Made by a program: the position numbers and the translations under genes
The notes under the pieces: model-generated
Databases searched by the model: none
What the model was told of the DNA's origin: nothing
The model's input: the letters and a program-made list of their open reading frames with translations, nothing else
Shown here: one piece after another, positions 20,100 through 29,116 of the stretch
Numbering within the stretch: position 1 is the stretch's first letter
Layout of the letters: every line of letters starts with the position of its first letter
IMG/VR virus record: IMGVR_UViG_3300024272_002379
Length of the DNA stretch: 64,000 bases
Strand: one strand, 5' to 3'
From: a virus
Lineage: Duplodnaviria > Caudoviricetes

Positions 20100-20597
20100 A
20101 TGGCAATTTCAGAAACATATTACAGCGAAATGGAAAAACAGCGTAAAGGTTATCTTGATATCAATGCTTACGATTTTTATTTTAATAAGATGCGTCCTTT
20201 CTTAGAGGATATACTTATGAAATGTCGTACAGATGAGGAGCTTACAAGAACAATTTACAAAGTAATGAATGCAAGCGACTCATTCTGTCAGAGAAAGCAA
20301 TATGATTTACTTGCGGAATCATTTGATGTGCTCGAAGTAGCTATTACAGATAAGAATTACTTCAATGGAGTTATGAAAAAAGCTCCAGAATCAGAAAAAG
20401 AAATGGTACGTGAACTTATCGGTAAAATTGCTGATTTACGCATGATTATTAAATGTGAACCAAAGCAGGAACCAGAAGAAAAAGCTACCAAAGACAGAAT
20501 CGGTTATTCCCCTATCGGGGAAAATGAGGATTACTCTCACAGAAACATGGCTACATTAAATGAGCCTACTCCAAAGAGACGAATCCCAAACGTATAA
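20100..20597 (+). CDS. hypothetical protein
   Basis: Start refined to MAISETY. Confidence 0.75.
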   Translation: MAISETYYSEMEKQRKGYLDINAYDFYFNKMRPFLEDILMKCRTDEELTRTIYKVMNASDSFCQRKQYDLLAESFDVLEVAITDKNYFNGVMKKAPESEKEMVRELIGKIADLRMIIKCEPKQEPEEKATKDRIGYSPIGENEDYSHRNMATLNEPTPKRRIPNV

Positions 20598-20622
20598 TAA
20601 AAGAATAAGGAGTAAACGAACT

Positions 20623-21498
20623 ATGGAATTCAGACCAATGTCATCAGATGAGATTAAGAATCTCTCTACTGAAGAGAAGAAAGAATTTGTTCGTGCTCTA
20701 CTAAGTGAAAGCAGCCACGTAACGGCTGCTTTTATTGACCCAGAAACAGGTAAAAGTTATAACTTTTCTGAGTTAGTAGAGGCGAAAGGCGAAGAAGAGG
20801 CTATTGATATTATTATCAAAGTTCTTGAATCATCAAGTACTAAAACTATGGCTCTCACAGGAGAACAGGTTAATGAACTTCTGTCAAAAGCAAGAAAAGG
20901 CGAATGTACAGAAGACGAATTAGACATGTTAAAAATGATTTTATCATCATCTAAGCTTGAGGATACAGACTTTATGCAGTTCCAGGAAAGCTTTATGGCT
21001 ATGTTGTTAGATTTGACTAATTACGCACAGAAAGAAATCGGTTACAAACCAAGTCTTTATGATGTTGTTACACCAATTTCTATTTTAACCACAGTTAGTG
21101 GATTATTATCTGAAACAAGTTCAATACACAAATATGCACATATGAGTCCTCCTGCATTAACCAATATGGTTAATCAGCTCGGAAAAGATATCTATGATAC
21201 ATGGAAAGCTTCTTGTACATCTGAAGTAGATAAGGAACTTGTTATTTTAGGATTATTCCATTTAATTGAGAAATTAGCCATTGAATGTTCAGTTGAATTA
21301 CATGATGCAAAAGAAATCGCTACTTCATTAAGTGTACCGATTAGAGATATTAGTGATGATAACGAATGTGAATGCTGTGGCGATTGCAATTGTGAAAACG
21401 AAAACCATAATGGTTCCAATATCATCAAGCCTCATGTATTTAATGCATCACAAAATGAAGACGAAGACATGAGAGACTCTCTTAAAGAGGATAATTGA
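20623..21498 (+). CDS. hypothetical protein
   Basis: AAGGAG SD before MEFRPM. Confidence 0.75.
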   Translation: MEFRPMSSDEIKNLSTEEKKEFVRALLSESSHVTAAFIDPETGKSYNFSELVEAKGEEEAIDIIIKVLESSSTKTMALTGEQVNELLSKARKGECTEDELDMLKMILSSSKLEDTDFMQFQESFMAMLLDLTNYAQKEIGYKPSLYDVVTPISILTTVSGLLSETSSIHKYAHMSPPALTNMVNQLGKDIYDTWKASCTSEVDKELVILGLFHLIEKLAIECSVELHDAKEIATSLSVPIRDISDDNECECCGDCNCENENHNGSNIIKPHVFNASQNEDEDMRDSLKEDN

Positions 21499-21523
21499 CA
21501 TCAATAATCATACTCTATATAAT
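21495..21523 (+). promoter_or_regulatory. consensus sigma-A promoter upstream of tmRNA
   Basis: TTGACA-17-TATAAT. Confidence 0.8.
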
Positions 21524-21639
21524 CTTTTTATTAGCCCTGGCGGGCTAATTAAGGTGTTTGGTGTGATATGATTTTCCATTAAAGTTTTCCGCATTGAACT
21601 TTGGCACAGCCTTTCCCTAAATCAATGCGGACTCTTTCT

Positions 21640-22014
21640 GGGCCTGTAATGGTATCGACAGGGGCATGAAAGTTATGAGTTCGTCCGAGTGGTGACGCTA
21701 TCACCAACTTTAAAATTAAACGCAAACAGACCAATGTTAGCGGCTGCCTAGTTGCAGCTACCAAAACACAGTAAGATATTGCTGGTAACTGTTGAGGTTC
21801 AAAAACTAGCATAGTATAAGAAGTTCTCTGTATACAACTTAGTGAACAGAGTGGTGGAGCAAGTAAGAAACCTTACTAGCCTAGTATCTCAGGTCTGGAA
21901 GACGATAGCCAGTGAGTGAAAGCTGAGATGAAATAACTCATTTAAGTTCGTAACGACGTAAAGACTTATAATGAATAATGTTTTTGGACACGGGTTCGAC
22001 TCCCGTCAGGTCCA
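21640..22014 (+). ncRNA. ssrA: tmRNA; tag peptide (A)ANRPMLAAA
   Basis: GGGCCTG..GGTATCGAC 5' end with G3:U70; GACACGGGTTCGACTCCCGTCAGGTCCA 3' end; resume codon GCA at 21722, TAG at 21749. Confidence 0.92.
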
Positions 22015-22042
22015 CTCTATATTACTATAAGGAGACACAAAT

Positions 22043-22828
22043 ATGAAATTTCAAAAGTTTTTGGTAACTGCTCTTCTGTTAACTTTAGTTTTATATTCTA
22101 CATATTATTGGAATGAACAAAGTAAAACAGAAATCATACAAGCCGTTAACCAGTCTAGTAATGAAATATTAGAAAAAGAAAATAAAGTTGAAACCATAGT
22201 AGAAACTGTGTACATAGACAGAAAAGATAGAGACCATGAGAATTACTCTATTCTTCAACTTGATGTAAAAAGTATTTCTCAGCTTCCAGAGCTTCCAACT
22301 GGATGCGAAGTTACATCATTAGCTATTGTTTTAAACTACTTAGGATATGAGGCAGATAAAGAAATTCTTGCTGATACATATTTACCTAAAGGACCAATTG
22401 GAGAGACCCATCCCGACGTGGCTTTTATAGGTAATCCTAGAGATGCTTATGCTTATGGTGCTAACGCACCTGTATTGGTTAAAACTGCAAATGATTATTT
22501 AGCAGATATGAAATCCGACTATAAAGCTCACAATATTACTGGTACAGATTTTAAAGACTTACTTAGTTATGTAAATGATGGTTATCCAGTAATGATATGG
22601 GAAACAATTGGTTTTCTTGAACGTTATCCATCTACAAAATGGGTTATTGACAACAGAGAGTTTCAGTGGTATGCTAATTTCCATTGTATGGTGTTAATTG
22701 GTTATACAGATAGTGACTATATCTTATTAGACCCTCTGGATGAAAAGAATGAAGTTCATTTTGTAAATAAAGAACTTGTTGAAAAACGATATGACGAGCT
22801 TGCAAAGCAGGCTATTGTTATATATTAG
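22043..22828 (+). CDS. membrane-anchored peptidase C39-like protein
   Basis: N-terminal TM; QLPELPTGCEVTSL...HCMVLIGY...DP. Confidence 0.8.
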   Translation: MKFQKFLVTALLLTLVLYSTYYWNEQSKTEIIQAVNQSSNEILEKENKVETIVETVYIDRKDRDHENYSILQLDVKSISQLPELPTGCEVTSLAIVLNYLGYEADKEILADTYLPKGPIGETHPDVAFIGNPRDAYAYGANAPVLVKTANDYLADMKSDYKAHNITGTDFKDLLSYVNDGYPVMIWETIGFLERYPSTKWVIDNREFQWYANFHCMVLIGYTDSDYILLDPLDEKNEVHFVNKELVEKRYDELAKQAIVIY

Positions 22829-22888
22829 GTCATAATTAAGACCATCCTTTTGTAAAAAGATTTTTATACGGGTCTCATCAACCCGTAT
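22829..22888 (+). ncRNA. putative anti-SD/anti-start-codon antisense sRNA (copy 2), directly 5' of tRNA-Pro
   Basis: GTCATAAT-TA-AGACCATCCTTT complementary to 8010-8029; CTCATCA loop complementary to TGATGAG at 7998 and 10871. Confidence 0.55.
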
Positions 22889-22963
22889 CGGAATGTAGTT
22901 CAGCTTGGCTAGAACGCTTGTTTTGGGAACAAGAGGTCGCAGGTTCGAATCCTGTCATTCCGA
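22889..22963 (+). tRNA. tRNA-Pro(UGG)
   Basis: Cloverleaf; CTTGT-TTTGGGA-ACAAG; GGTTCGAATCC. Confidence 0.9.
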
Positions 22964-23172
22964 CTAAGACTTTTTGTTACCTCTAAGGCATTCTCTTATA
23001 CGGGTTCCGTATGGGGGATATAAGGAGCGAGGCGAACCTGAATCTTCCAGTCTCTAAAGAAGAATGAAGTGGCGTTTATGGTTATTATTTCCTTTGTACG
23101 ACAACAAAGAAATTTAATTCTTTTTCATTTTTTGGTGTTCCTTTAGGAATAAAGCTGTCTAACGACAGCTAA

Positions 23173-23252
<80 letters not shown>

Positions 23253-23339
23253 TTTTCAAAACGCCATAGTTTTGGAAAACCTCGTTTGTGTAAAAAATCA
23301 TCGAACCTGGCAGTGTATAGGTTAACTGCCACCCCACAT

Positions 23340-23412
23340 GCCCCAATTGCACAGTTGGTAGTGCGACTGATTTGTAATCAGTAGGTCGGCGGTTCGAGTC
23401 CGTCTTGGGGCT
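23340..23412 (+). tRNA. tRNA-Thr(UGU)
   Basis: ACTGA-TTTGTAA-TCAGT; GGTTCGAGTCC. Confidence 0.88.
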
Positions 23413-23857
23413 TTGTTACATAAGCATTTATGCCCTAAGTAGCAGATAGACATAAATGTGTAACAAAACGATGGTCTGCTATAATCGGTAAAGTTGTTCT
23501 ATCCTGTATAGAGGTTATTGGGTCCGATTCAGGTAAAACTAACGAAACAGGACGATTTATTGGCGTACTTTAGTGAAAGCAGAGTCGAGTAACTAAAGAG
23601 AAAATCAATACCCAGTTCATCATTCTTTCTGGGTTACGTGAGACGTTAGTATGGTCTCGCCGTAAAGATTAAGCTGTGATATAGTATCAAAGCTATATTG
23701 CGGAATCAGGTAGGATATTTATATCAGACCTAACGTATACATAAGTTAAAACGAAGGTAATCCAACAGTGAACCGCAGTACAGAAGGTGGGCCTAGTGTT
23801 TGTAATACAAAGTTAGACCGTGCGGGGCTAATGCATGTTTCTTATGATACGGTATAT

Positions 23858-23940
23858 GCAGCGTTGTGATAATGGTAGTCGGGCGGTCTTGAAAACCGTT
23901 GTGTCGAAAGGCATTGGGAGTTCAAGTCTCTCACGCTGCG
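23858..23940 (+). tRNA. tRNA-Ser(UGA)
   Basis: GCGGT-CTTGAAA-ACCGT; long variable arm; G73. Confidence 0.85.
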
Positions 23941-24079
23941 TTTGGCTAAGCATAGGTAGCCGTACCCAGATGACGAAACGACAGTCGTCATATAACAAGC
24001 CTATTGCAGTTTATCATGTACTAAACATGAAGGCTCTTCTGTTTTAGATGCCAGTCTGTGCAGGAGGGCCGAAGTCTCT

Positions 24080-24168
24080 GGAGTGTTACTCAAGTTGGTG
24101 AAGAGGGAACCCTGCTAAGGTTCTAGCGTCCATTATGGGCGGCGAAGGTTCGAGTCCTTCACACTCCG
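24080..24168 (+). tRNA. tRNA-Ser(GCU)
   Basis: GAACC-CTGCTAA-GGTTC; long variable arm; G73. Confidence 0.88.
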
Positions 24169-24434
24169 TTAAGGCTGAAGTGCAATGCTAAATTTTTATG
24201 TAATAGCACGCCCGTAAAAGACGTTGAGGTTGAGGACAATGAGTATGGAAGTGGCCTTTCGAGGCCTAACACGAAAGTTTGACAATAAGTACCGAATGCA
24301 TAAGATTGACCCATCTAAATGCTACGTCAGTGGGAGGAACTTATGTAAATACGTTGATACTACGAAGAAGTATCTGCTTGGAAAACGAATAGGTCATTCC
24401 CGTTTCTAGCATTTCTGTACGAAAACAGAATTAA

Positions 24435-24528
24435 CGGAAGGTAGCCTAGTGGCTAGGCTTGTTGCGAAAAAACGGGTGAAAGCAACTGGAAACGCCGTTT
24501 GACGTGAGTTCGAATCTCACTCTTCCGT
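24435..24528 (+). ncRNA. tRNA-like RNA with 16-nt anticodon-position loop and possible pseudoknot
   Basis: Acceptor CGGAAGG/TCTTCCG, D-arm, T-arm GTGAG-TTCGAAT-CTCAC; no canonical anticodon loop. Confidence 0.65.
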
Positions 24529-24708
24529 CTATATCATCAATATCAACTTACAACAGCCATGGTAATGTTGTGAGAGCGTCATAGGAAGACGTTCTTCCTA
24601 CTTCAAAGAGACTGGAGTATGCAACAATAGCTGATGAGGCTCATGACCCCATAAATTGCAGGATAAATAAACAGCGTCTGCTGAAAGATGACAAAGATGA
24701 TATTATTT

Positions 24709-24782
24709 GGACCATTAGCTCAGTTGGTCAGAGCGGTCGGCTCATAACCGATTGGTCCTTGGTTCGAGTCCAAGATGGTCCA
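24709..24782 (+). tRNA. tRNA-Ile2/Met(CAU)
   Basis: GGACCAT acceptor; GTCGG-CTCATAA-CCGAT; resembles Firmicutes Ile2. Confidence 0.85.
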
Positions 24783-24832
24783 CTAAGAACTCAATACGCC
24801 TCTTAACAATGCGGACCACGTTGAGTCAAAAA

Positions 24833-24957
24833 CCTGGGGGAGCTGTGGCAAGCAGCCATCTGATAAATGGTGAGTTAAAATATGAAGATACTTTATATCG
24901 GCATATTACTATGGTGAAAACCCATTCATTAACTAGGTTCGATTCCTGGCTCCAGGA
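24833..24957 (+). ncRNA. tRNA-Ile(GAU)-like RNA with ~55-60-nt insertion in the variable region
   Basis: CCTGGGG/CTCCAGG acceptor; CCAT-CTGATAA-ATGG; CTAGG-TTCGATT-CCTGG. Confidence 0.6.
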
Positions 24958-25112
24958 CTATAATGCCTAACGGCATTAATATGGAATAGAAACCCCAATC
25001 AATTCCGTGTCAAACGAATTTCAAGACTACCAGGGGGAACCTAACAAGGCTGTTATTTGTGCTGCTTGTGGCGTTAGGCTGGTAGAAGTAACCTACCCCA
25101 ATTACAATTAAA

Positions 25113-25817
25113 TATTGTGCTTTAAAATGCACACATATATCCTGGTGAAGATTGTTTAATCAACATGCCAGGGCATATCTACAGTAAGTATGAAATAATA
25201 TTCGTTACAGGCTTAGCCAGTATGTTTATTATGTAATACTGAGACGTATGAGAACATGGGATACTTTGTTCGGTAGTGCGTTTAACGGATATAAATCAAG
25301 TCCTAAGGACGTGGTGAAGTTCTGTTATGAAGAAGGGAACCCTTCAAACGATTGATATGGCGTAACTTATACATAACGATTAGTGTGACATGCTTTTGGT
25401 GAACAGAATAGACGCTCTCTGTGAGAGAATAACCCTGGGAACTGGATGAGCTGGTAACTCATTACAGATGGCAGGGAATTACCAAACAAGTTCATTCGCT
25501 GTGATACCGAGACAACTCGGAGTATAACGAAAGCATAAGTCGCAAGTAGCCTAAGGCGATAAAAGAGAATATAACAGTGATAAGATGAATGAATGTATCA
25601 TCAAAACATATTCTGAACGATTCGGGTGAAAGCTGGAGGTGCCAATCCTTCATGGGTTTTAGACTGATAAAAGGCTGTTAACCTTTATCAGTTGGGGCAA
25701 GAAGTATGGAAGTCATGAGCCATGCTCAGACTTGTCTCCCCATTCGCATAATAAATCACAATGTATATTTTATAAGATGAATAAAAGTCTATATGGTGTG
25801 TGTTTTAAAGCACAATA
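25113..25817 (+). ncRNA. large ornate ncRNA (GOLLD/ROOL-like)
   Basis: ~700 nt, ORF-free, closed by a ~20-bp terminal stem TATTGTGCTTTAAAATGCACAC/GTGTGTGTTTTAAAGCACAATA; lies inside a phage tRNA cluster. Confidence 0.55.
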
Positions 25818-25836
25818 CTAACAGCAACGGAAACTA

Positions 25837-25865
25837 TTGACATTCCATTGCTGTTTTTGTATAAT
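25837..25865 (+). promoter_or_regulatory. consensus sigma-A promoter upstream of tRNA-Tyr
   Basis: TTGACA-17-TATAAT. Confidence 0.75.
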
Positions 25866-25877
25866 TACAATCAATTC

Positions 25878-25961
25878 GGGTAGGTAGACCGTAGTTGGTA
25901 GCGGGCCAGACTGTAAATCTGGTGCCTTCGGGCTCCGTTAGTTCGATTCTGACCCTGCCCA
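25878..25961 (+). tRNA. tRNA-Tyr(GUA)
   Basis: CCAGA-CTGTAAA-TCTGG; variable arm GCCTTCGGGC. Confidence 0.88.
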
Positions 25962-26148
25962 TTTACATCAAGGACGGTTGGTGACAATTTATTTGTCAAA
26001 GGGATAAGGGCAATACATGTTACCGCTTATCGTGTAGATGTGTAGTGCAAAGTGTATTGGTGTGAGATTGTTTCCATATTAGAGAAACAGCCAATCTTAA
26101 ATGTGAAATATCTAATTAGAGAAGGATAAAGTAACAGCTTTGTATTAT

Positions 26149-26220
26149 AGAATATTAGCTTTAACGGCAAAAGCACACGGCTGATAACCGTGGTCAGCGG
26201 TTCGACTCCGCTATATTCTG
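26149..26220 (+). tRNA. tRNA-Ile(GAU)
   Basis: CACGG-CTGATAA-CCGTG; GGTTCGACTCC; atypical G discriminator. Confidence 0.8.
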
Positions 26221-26441
26221 TTCTTTGTGAGTGTGACTACTTACAATGACCTAAAACGGCTCGTAAACTTGTAGAAAGGGCAGGCCGACGGGTAAGAGTG
26301 CCGCAAGTACCAAATAACCCTGAGGGTAAAACTGGGTTCGCCTCTTTTTGAGCACGGGATGCAGAAAAGAATAGACATCTCTCAAAGTTTAGGTAAATAA
26401 ACAGCTTAGGTTGGTAACCTCTTAGTCAGAAATAACCATAT

Positions 26442-26514
26442 TGGGTATTAGCTCAGTCGGCAGAGCACATGGCTGTTAACCATGGTGTCGTAGGTTCGAG
26501 CCCTACATACCCAG
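26442..26514 (+). tRNA. tRNA-Asn(GUU)
   Basis: CATGG-CTGTTAA-CCATG. Confidence 0.9.
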
Positions 26515-26816
26515 TTTAAATCAAACTGAAACGAGTCAGGCCCAATCGCTCGATTAAGTATGTGAGGAAAGTGAGGTTGGTTGCCAGCTTACTCAAGACT
26601 TCGTGTGCTTGAGGACAGCCCATTTATGGGTCCCCACTGGTTGTAAAATGTCTTCGCATTTAAAGTGGTGTTGTAAAATACATTCCGCTTAATCTTTAGT
26701 TTGGTTTTATTTGGAGAGACATGTTGTAGCGGTTTCTACGTATGTACAAAGGCTCTGGACAAGTCTTATTTTTTGAAACAGCAAGCGTGCGATTATCAGG
26801 TTAGTCTCTCCAGTAT

Positions 26817-26890
26817 AGCGGGGTAGAGCAGTCAGGCAGCTCGCAAGGCTCATAACCTTGAGGTCATAGGTTCAAATCCTATCCCCGCCA
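26817..26890 (+). tRNA. initiator tRNA-fMet(CAU)
   Basis: A1:C72 mismatch; CAAGG-CTCATAA-CCTTG; GGTTCAAATCC. Confidence 0.88.
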
Positions 26891-26963
26891 CTCATGAAAA
26901 CAAGTGATTGTTTTCTGATATCAGGCATTTATCGGGTTCGAATAGATGTAGGTATTGTTTTTA

Positions 26964-26998
26964 ATCCCCAGTCGAAAGGCTGGGGTATTTTATTTTTG
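26964..26998 (+). terminator. intrinsic terminator ending the tRNA cluster
   Basis: CCCCAGTC-GAAA-GGCTGGGG plus T-rich tail. Confidence 0.7.
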
Positions 26999-27088
26999 TT
27001 GACATTATCTAATCGCTGTGATATATAGTATTTATAGGCATAGAGAGCTTATTACAGTATATTTCACTTAGAGAGGAGATTATCAATC

Positions 27089-27367
27089 ATGAACAAAACA
27101 GAATTAGCAAAAGCTATTGTAGCTGATAATAGCTACAACATTACTCAGGCATGTGCAGAAGAAATGATTAATTCATTCATCAGCAATGTAAAGAAAGAAG
27201 TAGCAGCAGGTAACAAAGTACAGTTAATCGGATTTGGTACATTCGAATCAGCAGAAAGAGCTGAAAGAACAGGCAGAAATCCACAGACTGGAGCAGAGAT
27301 GACTATTCCAGCTTGTAAGGTTCCAAAGTTCAAAGCAGGACAGGCATTCAAAGATGCTGTTAAATAA
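27089..27367 (+). CDS. hup: HU family DNA-binding protein
   Basis: MNKTEL...VQLIGFGTFE..ERAERTGRNPQTG...PKFKAG. Confidence 0.95.
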   Translation: MNKTELAKAIVADNSYNITQACAEEMINSFISNVKKEVAAGNKVQLIGFGTFESAERAERTGRNPQTGAEMTIPACKVPKFKAGQAFKDAVK

Positions 27368-27442
27368 TTAAAGTACATATAAGACAGGACATGTTTCGCA
27401 AGATTCATGTCCTGTTTTTGTTTTATACAAAGGAGGTAACAA

Positions 27443-27859
27443 ATGAAATCATTAGAACAAATCAAAGAAAGTCAGAGACTTATAATTTCAAGAACAGGTG
27501 TAGACGGTGGCATGGGCGAGATTCACATGCCACAATGGAAAGGTAGCGTTATTTGGAGTTTTGGTGGTGGTTGGGACCATGTTTCGGTATGCCCATACAA
27601 GTCCAACGTAACACCATCATGGGACGATATGTGCAGATTAAAAGACATTTTCTTCAATGATGATGAATGTGTCGTACAGTATCATCCACCTAAAACTGAA
27701 TATGTAAATAATGCAACTAACTGTTTGCATTTATGGAGACCAATTGACGTAGAAATGCCACAACCACCATCTATTATGGTAGGTATTAAAAAAGGCCAGA
27801 GTATGGCAAGTGCAAGAACCGAAATAAACAAATTATACGAGGAGGCATATCATGAATAA
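27443..27859 (+). CDS. conserved phage protein (DUF7694-like)
   Basis: GWDHVSV...PSWDDMC..KDIFF...YHP...YVN...CLHLW. Confidence 0.75.
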   Translation: MKSLEQIKESQRLIISRTGVDGGMGEIHMPQWKGSVIWSFGGGWDHVSVCPYKSNVTPSWDDMCRLKDIFFNDDECVVQYHPPKTEYVNNATNCLHLWRPIDVEMPQPPSIMVGIKKGQSMASARTEINKLYEEAYHE

Positions 27860-28328
27860 AGAAATACAAAGCAAAATAGAAATGTGTAGCAAATTGCTTA
27901 TCATATGGTTTGGACAGGAACGAGACGGTGTAGATTTTTCCAATCATGATAAAGAGATTAAACAGTTATTCATCTCTCAGGTTTTGCTAAAAAGATTTGA
28001 AGTATTTGGTATTAACATTGTTATACCTGACCCTTTATTAGCTATCTTATCATGTTGTACGGATAGCAATCCAGGTCAATCTCAGGTTATCCTTAAAGAT
28101 TTACTGAATCATATTAAGAAAATAAAAGGTCCAATTCCAGATGGTTATGTTATTCAAAGTATGGACTTCAGTTTGTGCTTCCCTATGAATTTTCCTATTA
28201 CTGAAATTCCAGAAGTTAATGCTAAATATGAATCTATGTGGATTGGTCAGAAAATTGAAAGAACTGGTACTTTTTCATCGGATAATTTATGCGATACTCC
28301 TGAATGGTGGAAGGAGGTAATGGAATGA
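27852..28328 (+). CDS. hypothetical protein
   Basis: ORF track; GAGGAGG SD. Confidence 0.75.
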   Translation: MNKEIQSKIEMCSKLLIIWFGQERDGVDFSNHDKEIKQLFISQVLLKRFEVFGINIVIPDPLLAILSCCTDSNPGQSQVILKDLLNHIKKIKGPIPDGYVIQSMDFSLCFPMNFPITEIPEVNAKYESMWIGQKIERTGTFSSDNLCDTPEWWKEVME

Positions 28329-28537
28329 TAGTAGTTTTAAAAGGAATCATTGGTAGAGGAATTAACGGCGTTGCAGAAATGCGTATAACAACTGATGATG
28401 AAATTGACCTTACAAAACCAGTTGTTAAATTTAAAGGTGAAATTGAACGCATGGATAGTTACTGGAAAGACCATCCACTTGCAGGAGAAAGAGTATTTAC
28501 CGTAAAAACAGACAATATTGTATGTTTAGTAGATTAG
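28325..28537 (+). CDS. hypothetical protein
   Basis: ATGA overlap with the upstream gene. Confidence 0.65.
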   Translation: MIVVLKGIIGRGINGVAEMRITTDDEIDLTKPVVKFKGEIERMDSYWKDHPLAGERVFTVKTDNIVCLVD

Positions 28538-28546
28538 GAGGTTAAT

Positions 28547-28888
28547 ATGGCAGATTATACACAAGACTGTTGGAAGTGCCATTGGTGTTGGCTGGGAAGA
28601 TGTATGGACGGCTCTCACTATGGACAGGATGTTTCCGTTAAAAAAGACCAGCCAAAAGACTGCCCAGCATATATTACCAAAGAGGAATGGAATAAAACTT
28701 ATGTACCACCTATGAAACAAGAACGTTGTATGGAACTTTTAAATGCAATGATTGACAACCTATCGGTTGCCGAAAAGTATTCAGAAATTATTAAGCACTT
28801 ACTTCATATTGGATTTACAAAAGAAGAACTGATTAATTACTTTAATTTTACTGAATCGGATATAGAAGAAGCTCTAACAAACAATTAG
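28547..28888 (+). CDS. hypothetical protein with N-terminal Cys cluster
   Basis: CWKCHWC..C; AGGAGG SD. Confidence 0.7.
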   Translation: MADYTQDCWKCHWCWLGRCMDGSHYGQDVSVKKDQPKDCPAYITKEEWNKTYVPPMKQERCMELLNAMIDNLSVAEKYSEIIKHLLHIGFTKEELINYFNFTESDIEEALTNN

Positions 28889-28901
28889 TAGGAGGTATTA
28901 T

Positions 28902-29105
28902 ATGAAAGACCGTATTTCATTTAACATGACAAATGGCGATGTATATCGAGACATACACACTATTAATGGAACAAAAGTGAGTACTTTAGAAACTCATCGA
29001 GATTTGTCAGCAATTGTCGATTCATGCGATAGGATATGTATTGAGTTTTCTCATTCAGGCAGTGCTATCGTTAAAACATCATGCATTTCCTCTATTAATT
29101 TATAA
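28902..29105 (+). CDS. hypothetical protein
   Basis: AGGAGG SD. Confidence 0.65.
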   Translation: MKDRISFNMTNGDVYRDIHTINGTKVSTLETHRDLSAIVDSCDRICIEFSHSGSAIVKTSCISSINL

Positions 29106-29116
29106 GGAGGTACGCA

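Noticed and set aside
21579-21812. Minus-strand 77-aa ORF
   Set aside because: Antisense to the tmRNA
23835-24970. ORFs 23835-24047, 24224-24409 and 24752-24970
   Set aside because: Overlap tRNAs or structured RNA and lack SD sites
26564-26572. GAGGAAAGT as RNase P RNA 5' motif
   Set aside because: Not followed by CC, and the other conserved RNase P regions were not found
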